Positions 53,118-64,000 of a stretch of DNA of 64,000 bases are shown here, piece after piece. The notes beneath the pieces are model-generated. The model was not told the DNA's origin and searched no databases. It saw nothing but the letters and a program-made list of their open reading frames with translations. Origin of the DNA: Candidatus Latescibacterota bacterium (lineage in GTDB: Bacteria > Latescibacterota > CBDEFO01); contig OZ252149.1 of the NCBI GenBank assembly GCA_965248755.1, forward strand, positions 1,728,001-1,792,000, written 5' to 3'. Positions within the stretch are counted from its first letter, which is position 1. Each line of letters begins with the position of its first letter. Both the position numbers and the translations under genes were made by a program.

Positions 53118-54088
53118 GGAGGTCGTCATTTATGGACATTGAAGGGGCGAAAACCTTTTTGCGGGAAAACGACAACTTTATAGTCTCCACTCACCTGAAC
53201 GCAGACGGAGACGCTATCGCATCGGTCTTGGCGTTTAGGATCATCCTGAAGAAAATGGAAAAAGACTTCAGGATAATCCTGCACGATGAACGTACTGACG
53301 ATAAGTACGACTTTCTTCCGGGATTTGGGGAGATAGAAAGTTTCAAAGAGGGAATATTAGCTGGAACGAAGGCGCAGAATGTCATTCTTCTGGATAGTGC
53401 AAACCTGGAGAGGGCGGGGAGGGTGGCAGAACTTTTAGATGAAAACGGATCTATTTTGAACATAGATCACCACGAGAGCAATACGGAATATGGGACATTA
53501 AACCTGATTGAAGCCGATGCAAGTTCAACAGTTCAGATAATATACCTGATCGCGGCGGAGTTGGGGATGGAGTTTGGCGAGAGGCTTGCCTCGTGCATAT
53601 ACACAGGCATAATGTTTGACACGGGCAGGTTTATGTTCTCCAATACCTCGGAAGAGGCCTTGAACATCTGCGCCCAGATGGTAAGAAACGGCGCGAAACC
53701 CAATCTTATTGCGGACGCTGTCTATGGGAAGAGGTCCTTTGAGTCTGTGGTGATGTTAGGCAAGGCCTTGAATTCGCTGGACGTACATTTAGACGGCAGG
53801 GTATGTTCCATAATGCTGAGAAACGGGGATTACAGACTGAACGAAGATGCGGATCAATTTGTGGACTACGCAGTCTCTATAGAAGGTGTAGAAGTCGCGC
53901 TCTTCTTGAAAGAATACGAACAGAGCAGATTCAGAGTCAGCTTGAGGTCGAGCGATAAGGTAAATGTCAGCCAGATCGCCAAAGAATTCGGTGGAGGAGG
54001 ACATCCTAACGCGGCGGGATGTCAGATAGACGGAATGCCGGGAGATGTTAAAACCCGTCTTTTAGAGGCGATCAAAGACCGCCTCTAA
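53114..54088 (+). CDS. nrnA: DHH/DHHA1 oligoribonuclease / pAp phosphatase
   Basis: H..ADGDA, IDHH, DTGRF, SLRS, GGGGHPNAAG. Confidence 0.93.
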   Translation: MRRSSFMDIEGAKTFLRENDNFIVSTHLNADGDAIASVLAFRIILKKMEKDFRIILHDERTDDKYDFLPGFGEIESFKEGILAGTKAQNVILLDSANLERAGRVAELLDENGSILNIDHHESNTEYGTLNLIEADASSTVQIIYLIAAELGMEFGERLASCIYTGIMFDTGRFMFSNTSEEALNICAQMVRNGAKPNLIADAVYGKRSFESVVMLGKALNSLDVHLDGRVCSIMLRNGDYRLNEDADQFVDYAVSIEGVEVALFLKEYEQSRFRVSLRSSDKVNVSQIAKEFGGGGHPNAAGCQIDGMPGDVKTRLLEAIKDRL

Positions 54089-54193
54089 AACAAGTAGACC
54101 TGTCCCCGATTGAATCTATCGGGGGTTCAACCCGAAGCAATCTCGCTTAGACTGCTTTTCCTCAAAGCTGTTAGGCTCTATGTAGAGGATTAT

Positions 54194-54871
54194 GTGCTCA
54201 AGGCTATTATCTTCGACTATGACGGAATCATCGTGGACAGTGAGGTTATTCACTTAAAGATGTTTCAGAGGGTCTTAGACCAGGAGGGTATTATACTTAG
54301 TGAAAAGGACTACTTCGCTAAGTATCTTGCAATGGATGACAGAGGATGTTTCTGCGCTGTGCTGCAAGATAATAGGAGAAGAGTGGATGAGGCTGTGATA
54401 GAGGATCTAATCGCCCGGAAGTCCCGTTACTTCAACGAATTTATAAAAGACCATCTTACAGCCTTCCCCGGTGCGGTCACCTTTATCAAGAAGGTGTCCA
54501 AGAGGTTCCCTTTAGCGATTGCCTCAGGAAGCAGAAAAGGCGAGATAGAATTTGGCTTAAACAAATTGCGGCTAAGAGACGAGTTCGACCAGGTGGTGGG
54601 CGCAGAGGACGTGAAAAACGGAAAACCGGATCCTGAGTCCTTTCTTAAAGCCCAGGAACTCCTCAGGGAAAAGCAATGTGCGCTTGAAGCCTGGGAGTGC
54701 TTAGTTGTAGAGGACTCCATTCATGGAGTCCAGGCTGCAAAGGAAGCAGGTATGAAGTGTTTGGCTGTGACGAATTCGTATCCTGCGGAGAAACTCGCTT
54801 CAGCAGACCTGGTGATTGAGGGCCTTGAGGACTGCGATTTACATCAGATAGAAAGGATATTCGAACGATAA
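54194..54871 (+). CDS. HAD-family phosphatase
   Basis: FDYDG.IVDSE, ASGS, KPDPE, EDS..GV.AA; GTG start at 54194. Confidence 0.92.
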   Translation: MLKAIIFDYDGIIVDSEVIHLKMFQRVLDQEGIILSEKDYFAKYLAMDDRGCFCAVLQDNRRRVDEAVIEDLIARKSRYFNEFIKDHLTAFPGAVTFIKKVSKRFPLAIASGSRKGEIEFGLNKLRLRDEFDQVVGAEDVKNGKPDPESFLKAQELLREKQCALEAWECLVVEDSIHGVQAAKEAGMKCLAVTNSYPAEKLASADLVIEGLEDCDLHQIERIFER

Positions 54872-54920
54872 CACACGCAACCTGTGAGCGGAAAGCTGAA
54901 GTTTGTAATTGCCTGCAATT

Positions 54921-54960
54921 AAAGGAGCCACCTGGATATTTTTGTAAGATGGCTCCTTTT
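54921..54960. terminator. bidirectional terminator between the HAD gene and glnA
   Basis: AAAGGAGCCA...TGGCTCCTTTT. Confidence 0.65.
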
Positions 54961-55004
54961 GTTTCGGTAGGCACCTCAAATTAGAAACGTCAGATACAAC
55001 GTTC

Positions 55005-56420
55005 TTACATATCGAAGTAAAGATAAAACTCATAGGGATGAGGTCGCAGGCGGACAGCATCTACCTCCCTTTCCATCTTGTAATCTATCCACGTCTCTAT
55101 CAGATCCTCCGTAAACACGTCACCCTTCAAAAGGAACTCGTGGTCATCTTCGAGGGCCTTAAGTACAGCATCCAGAGATCCAGGAGTTGAGGGGACTTTT
55201 GCCAACTCTTCAGGTGGAAGGTCGTAAATGTCCTTATCCAGAGGTTCACCCGGATCTATCCTGTTCTGGATCCCGTCCAATCCAGCCATAAGCATCGCGG
55301 CCAGAGCCAAATAGGGGTTGCAGCTCGGATCGGGAGGTCTATATTCTATTCTCTTGGTCCTTTCGCTCTTGGAATAGGTGGGGATCCTCACGCACGCGCT
55401 CCTGTTTCTCTGAGAATAGGCTAAATTTATTGGAGCCTCGTAGCCCGGCACCAACCTCCTGTAAGAGTTGGTAGTCGGAGCACAAAAAGCCAACATGGCG
55501 GGAGAATGCCTCAAAAGCCCGCCGATGTAAAAAAGGGCCGTCTGGCTCAACATCGCATAGCCTGAAGGATCAAAGAACAGGTTCTTTTCGTCCTTCCAGA
55601 TGCTCTGATGAACGTGCATCCCCGAACCGTTGTCCATAAATATCGGTTTCGGCATGAAAGTCGCCGTCATGTTGTGCCTTTTTGCCACGTTCTTGACCAC
55701 ATATTTCAGGGTCATAACCTGATCCGACATCTTGGTCAAAGGGGCGAATCTCATGTCGAACTCGCCCTGGCCTGCTGTGCCCACCTCATGGTGATGCACC
55801 TCTATCCCAATCCCCAGGTCCATCATTGTTAAGGCTATCTCAGAGCGTAGGTCCTGAAGCGAATCCATAGGAGATACTGGGAAGTAACCCTCCTTGTGCC
55901 TCATCTTATGTCCTAAATTCGGGTTCTCTTCTCGTCCTGAATTCCACGCACCCTCATCGGAATCCAGGAAATAGTACCCGCTGTTCGCGGTCTGATCGAA
56001 CCTTACGTCATTAAGTATGTACATCTCAGGCTCAGGACCCCAATAACTCGCGTCTCCTATGCCTGTAGACCCAAGATAATCCTCCGCCTTTTGAGCCACA
56101 TATCGAGCGTCCCTTGAGTACGACTCCCCCGTCACAGGGTCCATTACGTTACAGATCAAAGTCAACGTCGGATAGGAACAAAAAGGGTCCACAACCGCCG
56201 TGTCAGGATCGGGAACCAACAGCATGTCACTTTCCTGAATCCCCTGAAACCCTCTTATGCTCGAGCCGTCAAAGCCAGAACCCTCTTTGAATATATCTTC
56301 CGTCAGTTCCTGCACAGGAATAGTATAATGCTGCATAAGTCCCGGAAGATCCGTAAACTTTAAATCGACGAACTTGATGTCCTTTTCCTTACAAAGGTCC
56401 AGAACCTCTTTTGGAGTCAT
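55005..56420 (-). CDS. glnA: glutamine synthetase type I
   Basis: [43 protein letters not shown] at 56420 with GGAGGT. Confidence 0.98.
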   Translation of the reverse strand: MTPKEVLDLCKEKDIKFVDLKFTDLPGLMQHYTIPVQELTEDIFKEGSGFDGSSIRGFQGIQESDMLLVPDPDTAVVDPFCSYPTLTLICNVMDPVTGESYSRDARYVAQKAEDYLGSTGIGDASYWGPEPEMYILNDVRFDQTANSGYYFLDSDEGAWNSGREENPNLGHKMRHKEGYFPVSPMDSLQDLRSEIALTMMDLGIGIEVHHHEVGTAGQGEFDMRFAPLTKMSDQVMTLKYVVKNVAKRHNMTATFMPKPIFMDNGSGMHVHQSIWKDEKNLFFDPSGYAMLSQTALFYIGGLLRHSPAMLAFCAPTTNSYRRLVPGYEAPINLAYSQRNRSACVRIPTYSKSERTKRIEYRPPDPSCNPYLALAAMLMAGLDGIQNRIDPGEPLDKDIYDLPPEELAKVPSTPGSLDAVLKALEDDHEFLLKGDVFTEDLIETWIDYKMEREVDAVRLRPHPYEFYLYFDM

Positions 56421-56499
56421 GCTACACCTCCCTCTGAAATGATTAATAGTGAATGGATTGACATATTGCCTACAGAACAAAGGAATTAGAAGTTAGTGG

Positions 56500-57241
56500 T
56501 GACGACAGGCGGAGCTATTCCAACTTTACCTTGGAGAGCGACCCCTTTACCACTGACGCTTTAAAATCCACACCCAACAAATAATCTACAGAACCAAAAC
56601 CCTGCTGGATCCTCCTCATTGTGACCTCTGAAGACCTAGTCACAATCCCTGCGGGTGCACCTACGTTTTTGCCCTCGTGGCTATCTCTAAAATCGCAGCC
56701 TCACGATCCTCAGACCATTCAGAGACACCCACATACCAAGCAAGATCGTGAGGCCCTATAAGCCCACATCCACCCCCTCAACTGACAGTATCTCACGAAC
56801 TCTCTTTACAGCCTCAATATGCTCGATCATGATCACATCCAGAATTTCGATTCTTGCATCCTCAAAATAGTTCTCCAAAAGAGCAACCCGTCCAGTCTCT
56901 ACGGATCCAGACCTCTCTGGTGGAAACTTCATCACCCACTCCGGCTCTGCAGGGCTTGTTCACCATAGGAGGACGATTCCCATAGCCCCTGCATCCAGCG
57001 GCCTTTTATCAGTTCTGGATCGTTCCACGCAATACGCGCCATGGCAACAGCATCGGTGGTTGTCATGGCCTGAAAAGAACCAGCTACCGTTTCAAGTCCT
57101 GCCGGACCGTGCTCAGTGTCCACTACGAGCCAATCGAACCCCATATGAGCCATTTACTCAGCCCAGCCGATGAAGCTATGTGCAGCAGATCCCGACAGAT
57201 GGCTTTCCCGAATCAGGCTTCTCTCTAAGTTTATGCTTCAA
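56500..57241 (-). pseudogene. HpcH/HpaI aldolase-family pseudogene
   Basis: GFDWLVVDTEHG, MIEH, GPHDL in shifting frames with stops; ends approximate. Confidence 0.8.
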
Positions 57242-57406
57242 CCTTATTGGAATCTCGATTGAAGATAAACCAGAGGCAGAATCTAATAATTATTACCTAT
57301 TGCGAATAATTACCAACAAATATATGAAGAGCAGCTTTCCTTGTCAAGGATAATTTTGAAAAACAGTTCATAGCCAGAAAAGTCGAAAAAGCTAAGTCAA
57401 GCTATT

Positions 57407-58369
57407 CTATGCCTCATACAGGTGGGATACGTACTCAGCATAGCCGTTGCAAAGCAGAGTCGGGAGTCTTTCGCCGGTGTCTATGATCCGTTCGGAAGCC
57501 TGCGACCAGCGAGGATGTGGCACATTGGGATTGACGTTGGCAACAAAATCGTACTCCCTTGGCGCTAAAGTATTCCAGAAGGTCGGTGGACGCCTATCTG
57601 TAAATTCGATCAGCACGATGGACTTGATACTCTTAAACCCGTACTTCCAGGGCACGATCAGGCGAATAGGTGCACCGTGTTGCTTGGGCAGTTCGTGACC
57701 GTATATCCCTGTAACCAGGATCGTCAGTTCGTTAGTCGCTTCGGCCATGGTCAAGCTCTCAAAGTAGGGCCAGGGATACCAGCGCTGATTTTCTTGCCCC
57801 GGCGCCTGATCTGGCTTGAGGAACGTGAGCATGCGCACGTACCTGGCCGAAGAGAACGGCTGCACCATATCTATGAGAGCCTTGAAGGGAAAGCCTATCC
57901 ACGGGACAGCCATAGCCCACGCCTCCACACATCGGAAGCGGTAGAGTCGCTCCTCCATCGGCATCAGGCGCATCAGATCTTCCACATCATAGATCTTGGG
58001 ATTATCAACAAGCCCCGCCACTTCTATCTCCCAAGGGCGCGTCTGGAATCTACCCACCATCTTCCAGACTCTCTCCTTTCTGTCAGTGAACTCGTAGAAG
58101 TTGTTGTAGCGCGCCGCCACCGATTCCTCGGTAATAGGGCGATCCAATGTAAAAGCTGTATTCCGAGTCGCTTCAATAGGGCGCAGTTTCTCCTTCTGTG
58201 TCACTTCCTTATTTCCCTTTGTCTCAAGACATCCTGAAAGGAGCCCGAACGCCCCCAGACCGGTGAATCCCATAGCCTTCAGAAAGCTCCGACGGTCTTG
58301 GTAGACAGCCTCCGGAGTGGCCTCCCGCTCGGGAATCTCCCATCCTTTGCGTATTCGTATGGAAAACAT
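57407..58369 (-). CDS. msrP: protein-methionine-sulfoxide reductase catalytic subunit
   Basis: Tat motif RRSFLK, YNNFYEF, RFRCVEAW, PWKYGFKSIKSI, HPRWSQ. Confidence 0.95.
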   Translation of the reverse strand: MFSIRIRKGWEIPEREATPEAVYQDRRSFLKAMGFTGLGAFGLLSGCLETKGNKEVTQKEKLRPIEATRNTAFTLDRPITEESVAARYNNFYEFTDRKERVWKMVGRFQTRPWEIEVAGLVDNPKIYDVEDLMRLMPMEERLYRFRCVEAWAMAVPWIGFPFKALIDMVQPFSSARYVRMLTFLKPDQAPGQENQRWYPWPYFESLTMAEATNELTILVTGIYGHELPKQHGAPIRLIVPWKYGFKSIKSIVLIEFTDRRPPTFWNTLAPREYDFVANVNPNVPHPRWSQASERIIDTGERLPTLLCNGYAEYVSHLYEA

Positions 58370-58410
58370 TATTTTTCCTTCAGATCTATAGCTCAGGTCA
58401 TAACCTTGAT

Positions 58411-59460
58411 CTACACAGATTCAGTGTCTAACCCCAAACTTGAAGCCGCCTCAGATATCATACCCCAAGTCCTGTCCTCTATAAAGATACCCTCCCTCAA
58501 CCTCTTCTCCTGAGTCCTGAACTCTGGCTCGCCTGGAACTAATATCTCGTCCACACCCGCCTCTCTCTCAGCCGATTTGACATGATCCCTGAGCGCGTCT
58601 ACCTGCTCTTTGAACTCATCTATCGGTATGAAGTTTTCGATCCTGATGGCGATCAAAAAGGTTGCGTTCCCGGTTCTACCTATTCCTCCCACACCTGTGC
58701 ATCCCGCGCCGGTCAGCGCCCCAGAAAGGATATCCACTATTAATCCTAACCCGAATCCCTTATAGCCTACAACGCCTCCAAACGAAAGGAGAGCACCCCC
58801 GTCGTAGAAACTATTGGGGTCTATGGTCGCATTTCCCTCGGAGTCGATTATCCAGCCCTTCGGGAGCTCATGACCTCTGTTCCTGTAAACCCTGATCTTA
58901 CCCTCAGCCACAACACTGGTGGTCATATCCAAAACGATCGGATTACCCGACCCCGTAGGGATGGCAAAGGAGATGGGGTTGGTTGACAGTCTCCTCTCTT
59001 TCCCCCCCCAGGGGGCTGTGGTCTGACCCTCACCGTGAGAGTTGGCGCAGACGAAACCTATCATGTCGCTTTTCGCTGCGATCTCGGGATAGGCTCCGAT
59101 CCTGCCTATGTGGTTGGAGTTGATAATTCCCACAGATGCGATGCCGGACTTCTCCGCCATCTCCATAGCCTTCTCCATAGCTGCCTTGGCGATGACGTGT
59201 CCGAAGCCCCAATTCCCGCTGAGAATAGCCGTCGAGCCCAACTCCCTGACGACCTCGATCTTCGCCCCGGGAAAGGCATTGCCCTCCTGAACTTCCGTCA
59301 CGTATTGAGGAATCCTTATAACCCCGTGCGAATCGTGACCCATAAGATTGGCTAAAACCAGGAAATCCGTCAGCGTCTCGGCCTCATCCTTAGGCGAACC
59401 GACTGCCTGGAATATGTCCCTGCTTATCCTTCTCAACTGATCAGCCGTAAACGTAGGCAC
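58411..59460 (-). CDS. Ldh_2 (malate/L-lactate dehydrogenase type 2) family oxidoreductase
   Basis: GHDSHG, NHIGR, TNP, DMTTS..AEGK, GYKG.GL, VPGEPE. Confidence 0.92.
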   Translation of the reverse strand: MPTFTADQLRRISRDIFQAVGSPKDEAETLTDFLVLANLMGHDSHGVIRIPQYVTEVQEGNAFPGAKIEVVRELGSTAILSGNWGFGHVIAKAAMEKAMEMAEKSGIASVGIINSNHIGRIGAYPEIAAKSDMIGFVCANSHGEGQTTAPWGGKERRLSTNPISFAIPTGSGNPIVLDMTTSVVAEGKIRVYRNRGHELPKGWIIDSEGNATIDPNSFYDGGALLSFGGVVGYKGFGLGLIVDILSGALTGAGCTGVGGIGRTGNATFLIAIRIENFIPIDEFKEQVDALRDHVKSAEREAGVDEILVPGEPEFRTQEKRLREGIFIEDRTWGMISEAASSLGLDTESV

Positions 59461-59500
59461 GTTAAATCTCCCTAATATCACGATATACCAACATTTTGGA

Positions 59501-60754
59501 TTATTGCTTTTCCCTGTCCCCTAAGAGCGCCTTTGCTCTCTCTCTGGATTTCTCCAGAAGCGACGTCCCTCTATCCATCATAAAATCCGAAAGCCACAAC
59601 TCATCTTTGAAATTCTCAGCAGTATGATCTGATCCCAAAAAGTCTCCGCCCGGAGCCACAGCATCCATAACATCTAAAGATATCTTTTCCACATCTATAC
59701 CTCTTCTCATTCTCCTTGTAAAAGAGGCTATTTCGTCTGCCAATGCGATCAACTCAAGCGACCCAGTTAGCCCAGATTCCAAGACTGGCGTGCAGCAGAC
59801 CATATCGGCTCCGCTCAGTCCCGCCCAGAGACAGGATGACCAGAATTCCAGTACGGTGCGTTCGTCCAAAGCAGACGAATCGCTTCCGCCGGCAGCCACA
59901 AGTACGGGCAAATCGAGTCTCTTGGCCATCTGCACAAATCCCGAAGAAAGCAGAAGTGGCTCAGGCCCCCAGTAGGACAATAGACATGAAGACATGTCCA
60001 TAACCGACGGAAGTATTCCGATTACGAATGGAGAGCCCTCACGCTTCAACTGAGATACCACAAGACCGCTTAAACACTCCGCTAAAGCCACAGTCAACGT
60101 CCCTGCCAGGGTCACGGGGGCGTTCGACCCGCATATCGGGCTCGAGGCGTAGACCATCGGAACACTGTTACCGGCAGCCCACAGGACCTTCTCAAGTCCT
60201 TTTTGCGTATGAACAAAGGGAGAGGCCGGCTCGGCAAACAGAATCACTCCCCTGCCCCCTGTTACATCTGATATAACATCGACATCATCTACATTAAAAA
60301 GGAGGGGCTTTCGAGTATTGTCAGCTAGCTTCCTTACATCTGAAAGTCCCCCCACGCTCACAACAAAATCTATATTTTCGAGCCTATCTGCTACAATCGC
60401 TCCTTTTAATATATCTTCTTGTCTAACGGGTCTTTTCTCTTTTGTATATATATCCATGATATTAGCACAGTCCGTCCCCACACCAAAATATACGTCTTTA
60501 TTCCCTAATATAAGAGAACAATTACCATCTTTATCGTATAATTTGATCTTCCTGGGAGCAGATTCTATGGCCCTTTCAACCACATGCCCTGGAATCCTCA
60601 CTCTCATTTGGCCACAGGCTGACGCACCTGCTGATTTTAGAAGTTCCGCCGATTCCCCCTCGCACACATCCACTCCCGTCTTCTCCAACACCTCAAGCGC
60701 CGCTGAGTATATCCTCTCCGCATCGCGCTTTGACAAGACCGTATTTAACGTCAA
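59501..60754 (-). CDS. MttB-superfamily (non-pyrrolysine) methyltransferase, short and divergent
   Basis: APVTLAG, ECLSG, GPE, LESGL, PGGDFL..HT. Confidence 0.85.
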   Translation of the reverse strand: MTLNTVLSKRDAERIYSAALEVLEKTGVDVCEGESAELLKSAGASACGQMRVRIPGHVVERAIESAPRKIKLYDKDGNCSLILGNKDVYFGVGTDCANIMDIYTKEKRPVRQEDILKGAIVADRLENIDFVVSVGGLSDVRKLADNTRKPLLFNVDDVDVISDVTGGRGVILFAEPASPFVHTQKGLEKVLWAAGNSVPMVYASSPICGSNAPVTLAGTLTVALAECLSGLVVSQLKREGSPFVIGILPSVMDMSSCLLSYWGPEPLLLSSGFVQMAKRLDLPVLVAAGGSDSSALDERTVLEFWSSCLWAGLSGADMVCCTPVLESGLTGSLELIALADEIASFTRRMRRGIDVEKISLDVMDAVAPGGDFLGSDHTAENFKDELWLSDFMMDRGTSLLEKSRERAKALLGDREKQ

Positions 60755-61236
60755 ATACCTGATCCCGGTTCTAATTATCTTCGTTCGTCCACCATTAGAA
60801 AGCCAAAGAGAATTTAGTATAGCGGTAAAGCTAAGTCAAGGAATTTTTCGTCACATCGGGCGTTCTTGCGCTCAGTCGAAATCTTAAAACAGGGACAAGA
60901 ACCAACAGCTTTTAAGATCGGATTATCCGAACTGTATTCCAAACTGAAACAAAAGATAGTTTACATTTTCCAACATATCTGTCACAATTGCACAGATTCT
61001 CTGATATGATCTAACCCTTAAATTCTATAACTCTATCACACAAAACCACTTTCCCGGGTCATTCAATTCTCAGCTGTAAGCCAACAGAGATGATCGAATA
61101 GTAATTGAATAGCCCTGTCCTTTTCAGAAATACCTTGACAATGATAGGGGTTTCTCTTATCTTCACACAGAAATTATCAGCGGCACAGCGGCGACCTCAA
61201 TAACGTCGGCTTAACTCGTGCGTGTGGAAAGATAAA

Positions 61237-61992
61237 GTGGGAAGGATAATATGCATAGCTAACCAGAAAGGCGGAGTTGGTAAGACTACCACAGCAATTA
61301 ATCTAGCGGCCTGTCTTGCAGTCGCTGAGAAGAAGACCCTCCTTGTGGACTTAGACCCGCAGGCAAACGCCACAAGCGGCTGTGGGATAGACCCCGACAC
61401 AGTAAACAGAAGCATCTACGAAGTCCTTATAGATGAAACGCCACTATCGGAGATTATCAGAGGCCACGACATCCCTTTCCTCTTTATAGCTCCTTCACAC
61501 ATCAGCCTCACAGGAGCACAGGTCGAGATGGTCAACGCCAGCAGGACAACTCTCCAAAAGACGCTGCAAGACGTAAGGGACGACTATGCATACATAATAA
61601 TAGACCTTCCACCCTCTCTCGGTATATTGACGCTCAACGGACTTACAGCCGCGGACTCTGTCCTTATCCCTCTCCAGTGTGAGTACTACGCTTTAGAGGG
61701 TCTGGCCAAACTGCTTGAGACCATCGAGCTCGTCCAAAAGCACCTGAATAGAAAGCTCCAAGTGGAAGGAGTCCTCCTGACAATGTACGACTCACGGCTG
61801 AATCTCTCCCGACAGGTGGAACAGGAGGTCAGGAACCACTTCAAGGACAAGATTTACAAGACTGTTATAGACAGAAATGTGAGACTCGGAGAGGCGCCCA
61901 GCTTCGGAAAGCCTATAATACTCTACAGCATCGACTCCTCAGGCGCAAAGAACTATATAAGTTTGGCAAAAGAGATATTGAACAATGAATAG
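61237..61992 (+). CDS. parA: chromosome partitioning ATPase
   Basis: [37 protein letters not shown]. Confidence 0.97.
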   Translation: MGRIICIANQKGGVGKTTTAINLAACLAVAEKKTLLVDLDPQANATSGCGIDPDTVNRSIYEVLIDETPLSEIIRGHDIPFLFIAPSHISLTGAQVEMVNASRTTLQKTLQDVRDDYAYIIIDLPPSLGILTLNGLTAADSVLIPLQCEYYALEGLAKLLETIELVQKHLNRKLQVEGVLLTMYDSRLNLSRQVEQEVRNHFKDKIYKTVIDRNVRLGEAPSFGKPIILYSIDSSGAKNYISLAKEILNNE

Positions 61993-62851
61993 AAAAGCTC
62001 TCGGAAGAGGCATAGGAGCCCTTATCCCCGAAATTGTAGAAGGAATTCCAGAGGTCAAGGGCAAAGATATAGCTAATTTGAAGGTGTCCCAGATCAGCCC
62101 GAATCCCTATCAACCCCGCGCAGACTTCGATCCCCAGGGTTTAGAGGAACTGAAAGAGTCCATACTCAAAAGGGGGGTCATCCAGCCCATCGTTGTAAGG
62201 CCCTTCGGGCAGGGCTATCAGTTGATAATGGGAGAAAGGAGGCTGAGAGCCACTCAAGATGCGGGGATAGATACCATCCCTGCCATCGTAGTAGAAGTCG
62301 CCCCTTTTGAAGATATGATGGAACTTTCGCTAATAGAGAATATACAGAGAGAGGATCTCAATCCAGTCGAAGAGGCTAAGGCATATCGGGCACTGATGCA
62401 GCAGTGCAACCTGACGCAGGAGGAGGTCTCAAGAAAGGTAGGAAAGGACCGATCCACAGTAGCAAATCTGCTTCGGCTCTTACGTCTTCCTATGGAAATC
62501 CAGGAAGCTATCTTGAGCGGCCAACTTTCGATGGGTCACGCAAGGGCAATCCTCTCCTTAAGCGACGAAGATGACCAGATCGAGCTGTTCCGAAAGACTA
62601 TTAAAGAAGAACTATCTGTCAGAAAAGTCGAACAGCTTTCCAAAGCCTGGTCGTCCGGGGCAAGGATTAAGAGGTTAAGACAAAGAAGGACCAAAGACCC
62701 CTTCCTCGTCTCCATTGAAGAGGAACTCCAAAGGCTAATCGGCACAGCCGTCAGAATATCCAAAAGGGGCAAAAAGGGAAAGATAGAGATCGAATTCTAT
62801 GGGGATAAGGATCTTGAAAGGGTTGTAGAGAAAATAAGAGGAGAAGCCTGA
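61985..62851 (+). CDS. parB: chromosome partitioning protein
   Basis: [35 protein letters not shown]. Confidence 0.97.
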   Translation: MNRKALGRGIGALIPEIVEGIPEVKGKDIANLKVSQISPNPYQPRADFDPQGLEELKESILKRGVIQPIVVRPFGQGYQLIMGERRLRATQDAGIDTIPAIVVEVAPFEDMMELSLIENIQREDLNPVEEAKAYRALMQQCNLTQEEVSRKVGKDRSTVANLLRLLRLPMEIQEAILSGQLSMGHARAILSLSDEDDQIELFRKTIKEELSVRKVEQLSKAWSSGARIKRLRQRRTKDPFLVSIEEELQRLIGTAVRISKRGKKGKIEIEFYGDKDLERVVEKIRGEA

Positions 62852-63111
62852 AGAACCGTTAAATACAGGGTCGAGGTTACCTTTCCTCTGTATTCTTTGA
62901 ACTCATGGGCAACCTTACTTATTGCTTCTGAAATGTCGCCCACCGTGTAGTGTTCATTGAATCCCCTGGTAATCATGTGATTTTATCATGTTATTTAAGG
63001 CCTCCTCCGTGGCGCGACACATTCCCTCTGGATATATGTAACCTGTCAACTGCTAGGAATTCTGCCAGGGCTTCAGGCCTTCGACCGTACTGTCACCTTC
63101 AGACATCTTAT

Positions 63112-64000
63112 CCCCCATTCGCCATATTAGACCCGAAAAATGGTTGTCAAAGTCGCCAGAACATGTTATATTACAATAAATAAGACTCATAAATGGCGGA
63201 TAAATATTGATCATCCAGAGGGTGAAAGAATGAAAGTAGGTTTTGATGGAGGAATAAAGCTTGAATTTCATGGTGCAAAGGTGACATCAAACGGTGGACT
63301 TCTTGCGTATCGTGACCTTGATTACGCACTGGGATTATTTGATTCGGTATCAGCGGTTTTTACCGATAAACGCACAGGCCGTAATATCCAACATGATATA
63401 TCTACTCTCCTGCGTCAATCGATATACAGCCGTCTTGCAGGATATGAAGATGTAAATGACGCCGAGCGATTATCCGTTGATCCCGTCATGCGAGCGATTA
63501 CCGGAAAGAAGGACAAAGGCAGGCAAGCTGCCAGCTCCAACACGATAGGACGTTTTGAAACTGATATACTGACTCAGCATGACAATCTCAGAAACTTGTC
63601 AGATATCAATGGCAAGTGGGTTCAAAAAGCGATGAGTAAAACACAGCATCAACGAATCATTCTGGACATGGACAGTTCGGAGAGTCCGGTACATGGCCAG
63701 CAGGAAGGATCAGCTTACAACGGTCATTTCGGATGTACCTGTTTTCATCCAGTGTTCTGCTTCAATCAGTTCGGGGATTGTGAAGGAGTCCTACTTCGCT
63801 CTGGTAATGTTCACAGTGCTGATCGTTGGAAGGAAGTTCTGGAACCGATCGTCAAGAGATACGAGAGCAAGAAGAATAGGAAATACTTTCGAGGCGATGC
63901 TGCATTCGCAAAGCCTGAGATTTATGATTATCTGGAGGGAAACGGCTATTTGTATGCCATTCGGCTTCCCGCAAATGAGATACTCTATGAAAAGATACGA
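63112..64000 (+). mobile_element. IS1380-family insertion sequence, copy 2 (cut by the window end; transposase ATG at 63230)
   Basis: Reverse complement of 30445 downward, with no differences noticed by eye. Confidence 0.93.

Noticed and set aside
57287..57312. TAATTATT-10 nt-AATAATTA inverted repeat
   Set aside because: Low complexity in AT-rich DNA upstream of a pseudogene; not distinguishable from chance
59501..60754. Pyrrolysine recoding in the MttB-family gene
   Set aside because: No in-frame TAG in the ORF
60800..63100. parS sites or oriC near parAB
   Set aside because: No TGTTTCACGTGAAACA-like palindrome and no DnaA-box cluster seen

Overview
Bacterial chromosome segment, standard genetic code. 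It probably comes from an anaerobic FCB-type candidate lineage such as Latescibacterota/KSB1; this is inferred from proteins with dockerin/FlgD-Ig 'YPNPFNP' C-termini, a peptidase-MA/PD40/BamA protein and tungsten AORs. Contents from the start: the 5' part of an rRNA operon on the minus strand (16S, tRNA-Ile, tRNA-Ala); a hom-thrC-lysC-asd operon; secreted and outer-membrane proteins; two aldehyde:ferredoxin oxidoreductases; PQQ dehydrogenases; an ArsM-like methyltransferase; a SAM-I-riboswitch-controlled sulfur operon (thrC-like, cysM, JAMM protease, ubiquitin-like carrier, NIL protein, Rrf2, cysK); murD, accA, a WYL regulator, bioA, a Lon-like protease, nrnA, glnA, msrP, an MttB-family gene and parAB. 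Mobile DNA comprises two IS1380 copies, an IS3-like remnant, two copies of a ~255-bp MITE and about 11 copies of a 21-bp palindrome. Best leads: (1) a reading frame 5' of, and in frame with, an atypical cysK that has two UGA codons (C-U and U-x-x-x-C), each followed by a hairpin, i.e. a candidate selenocysteine-recoded extension or leader; (2) a structured candidate cis-regulatory RNA upstream of lysC; (3) the 21-bp palindrome, which is found inside itself, inside mobile elements and in frame inside genes, including directly after the Gly-Gly of the sulfur carrier.
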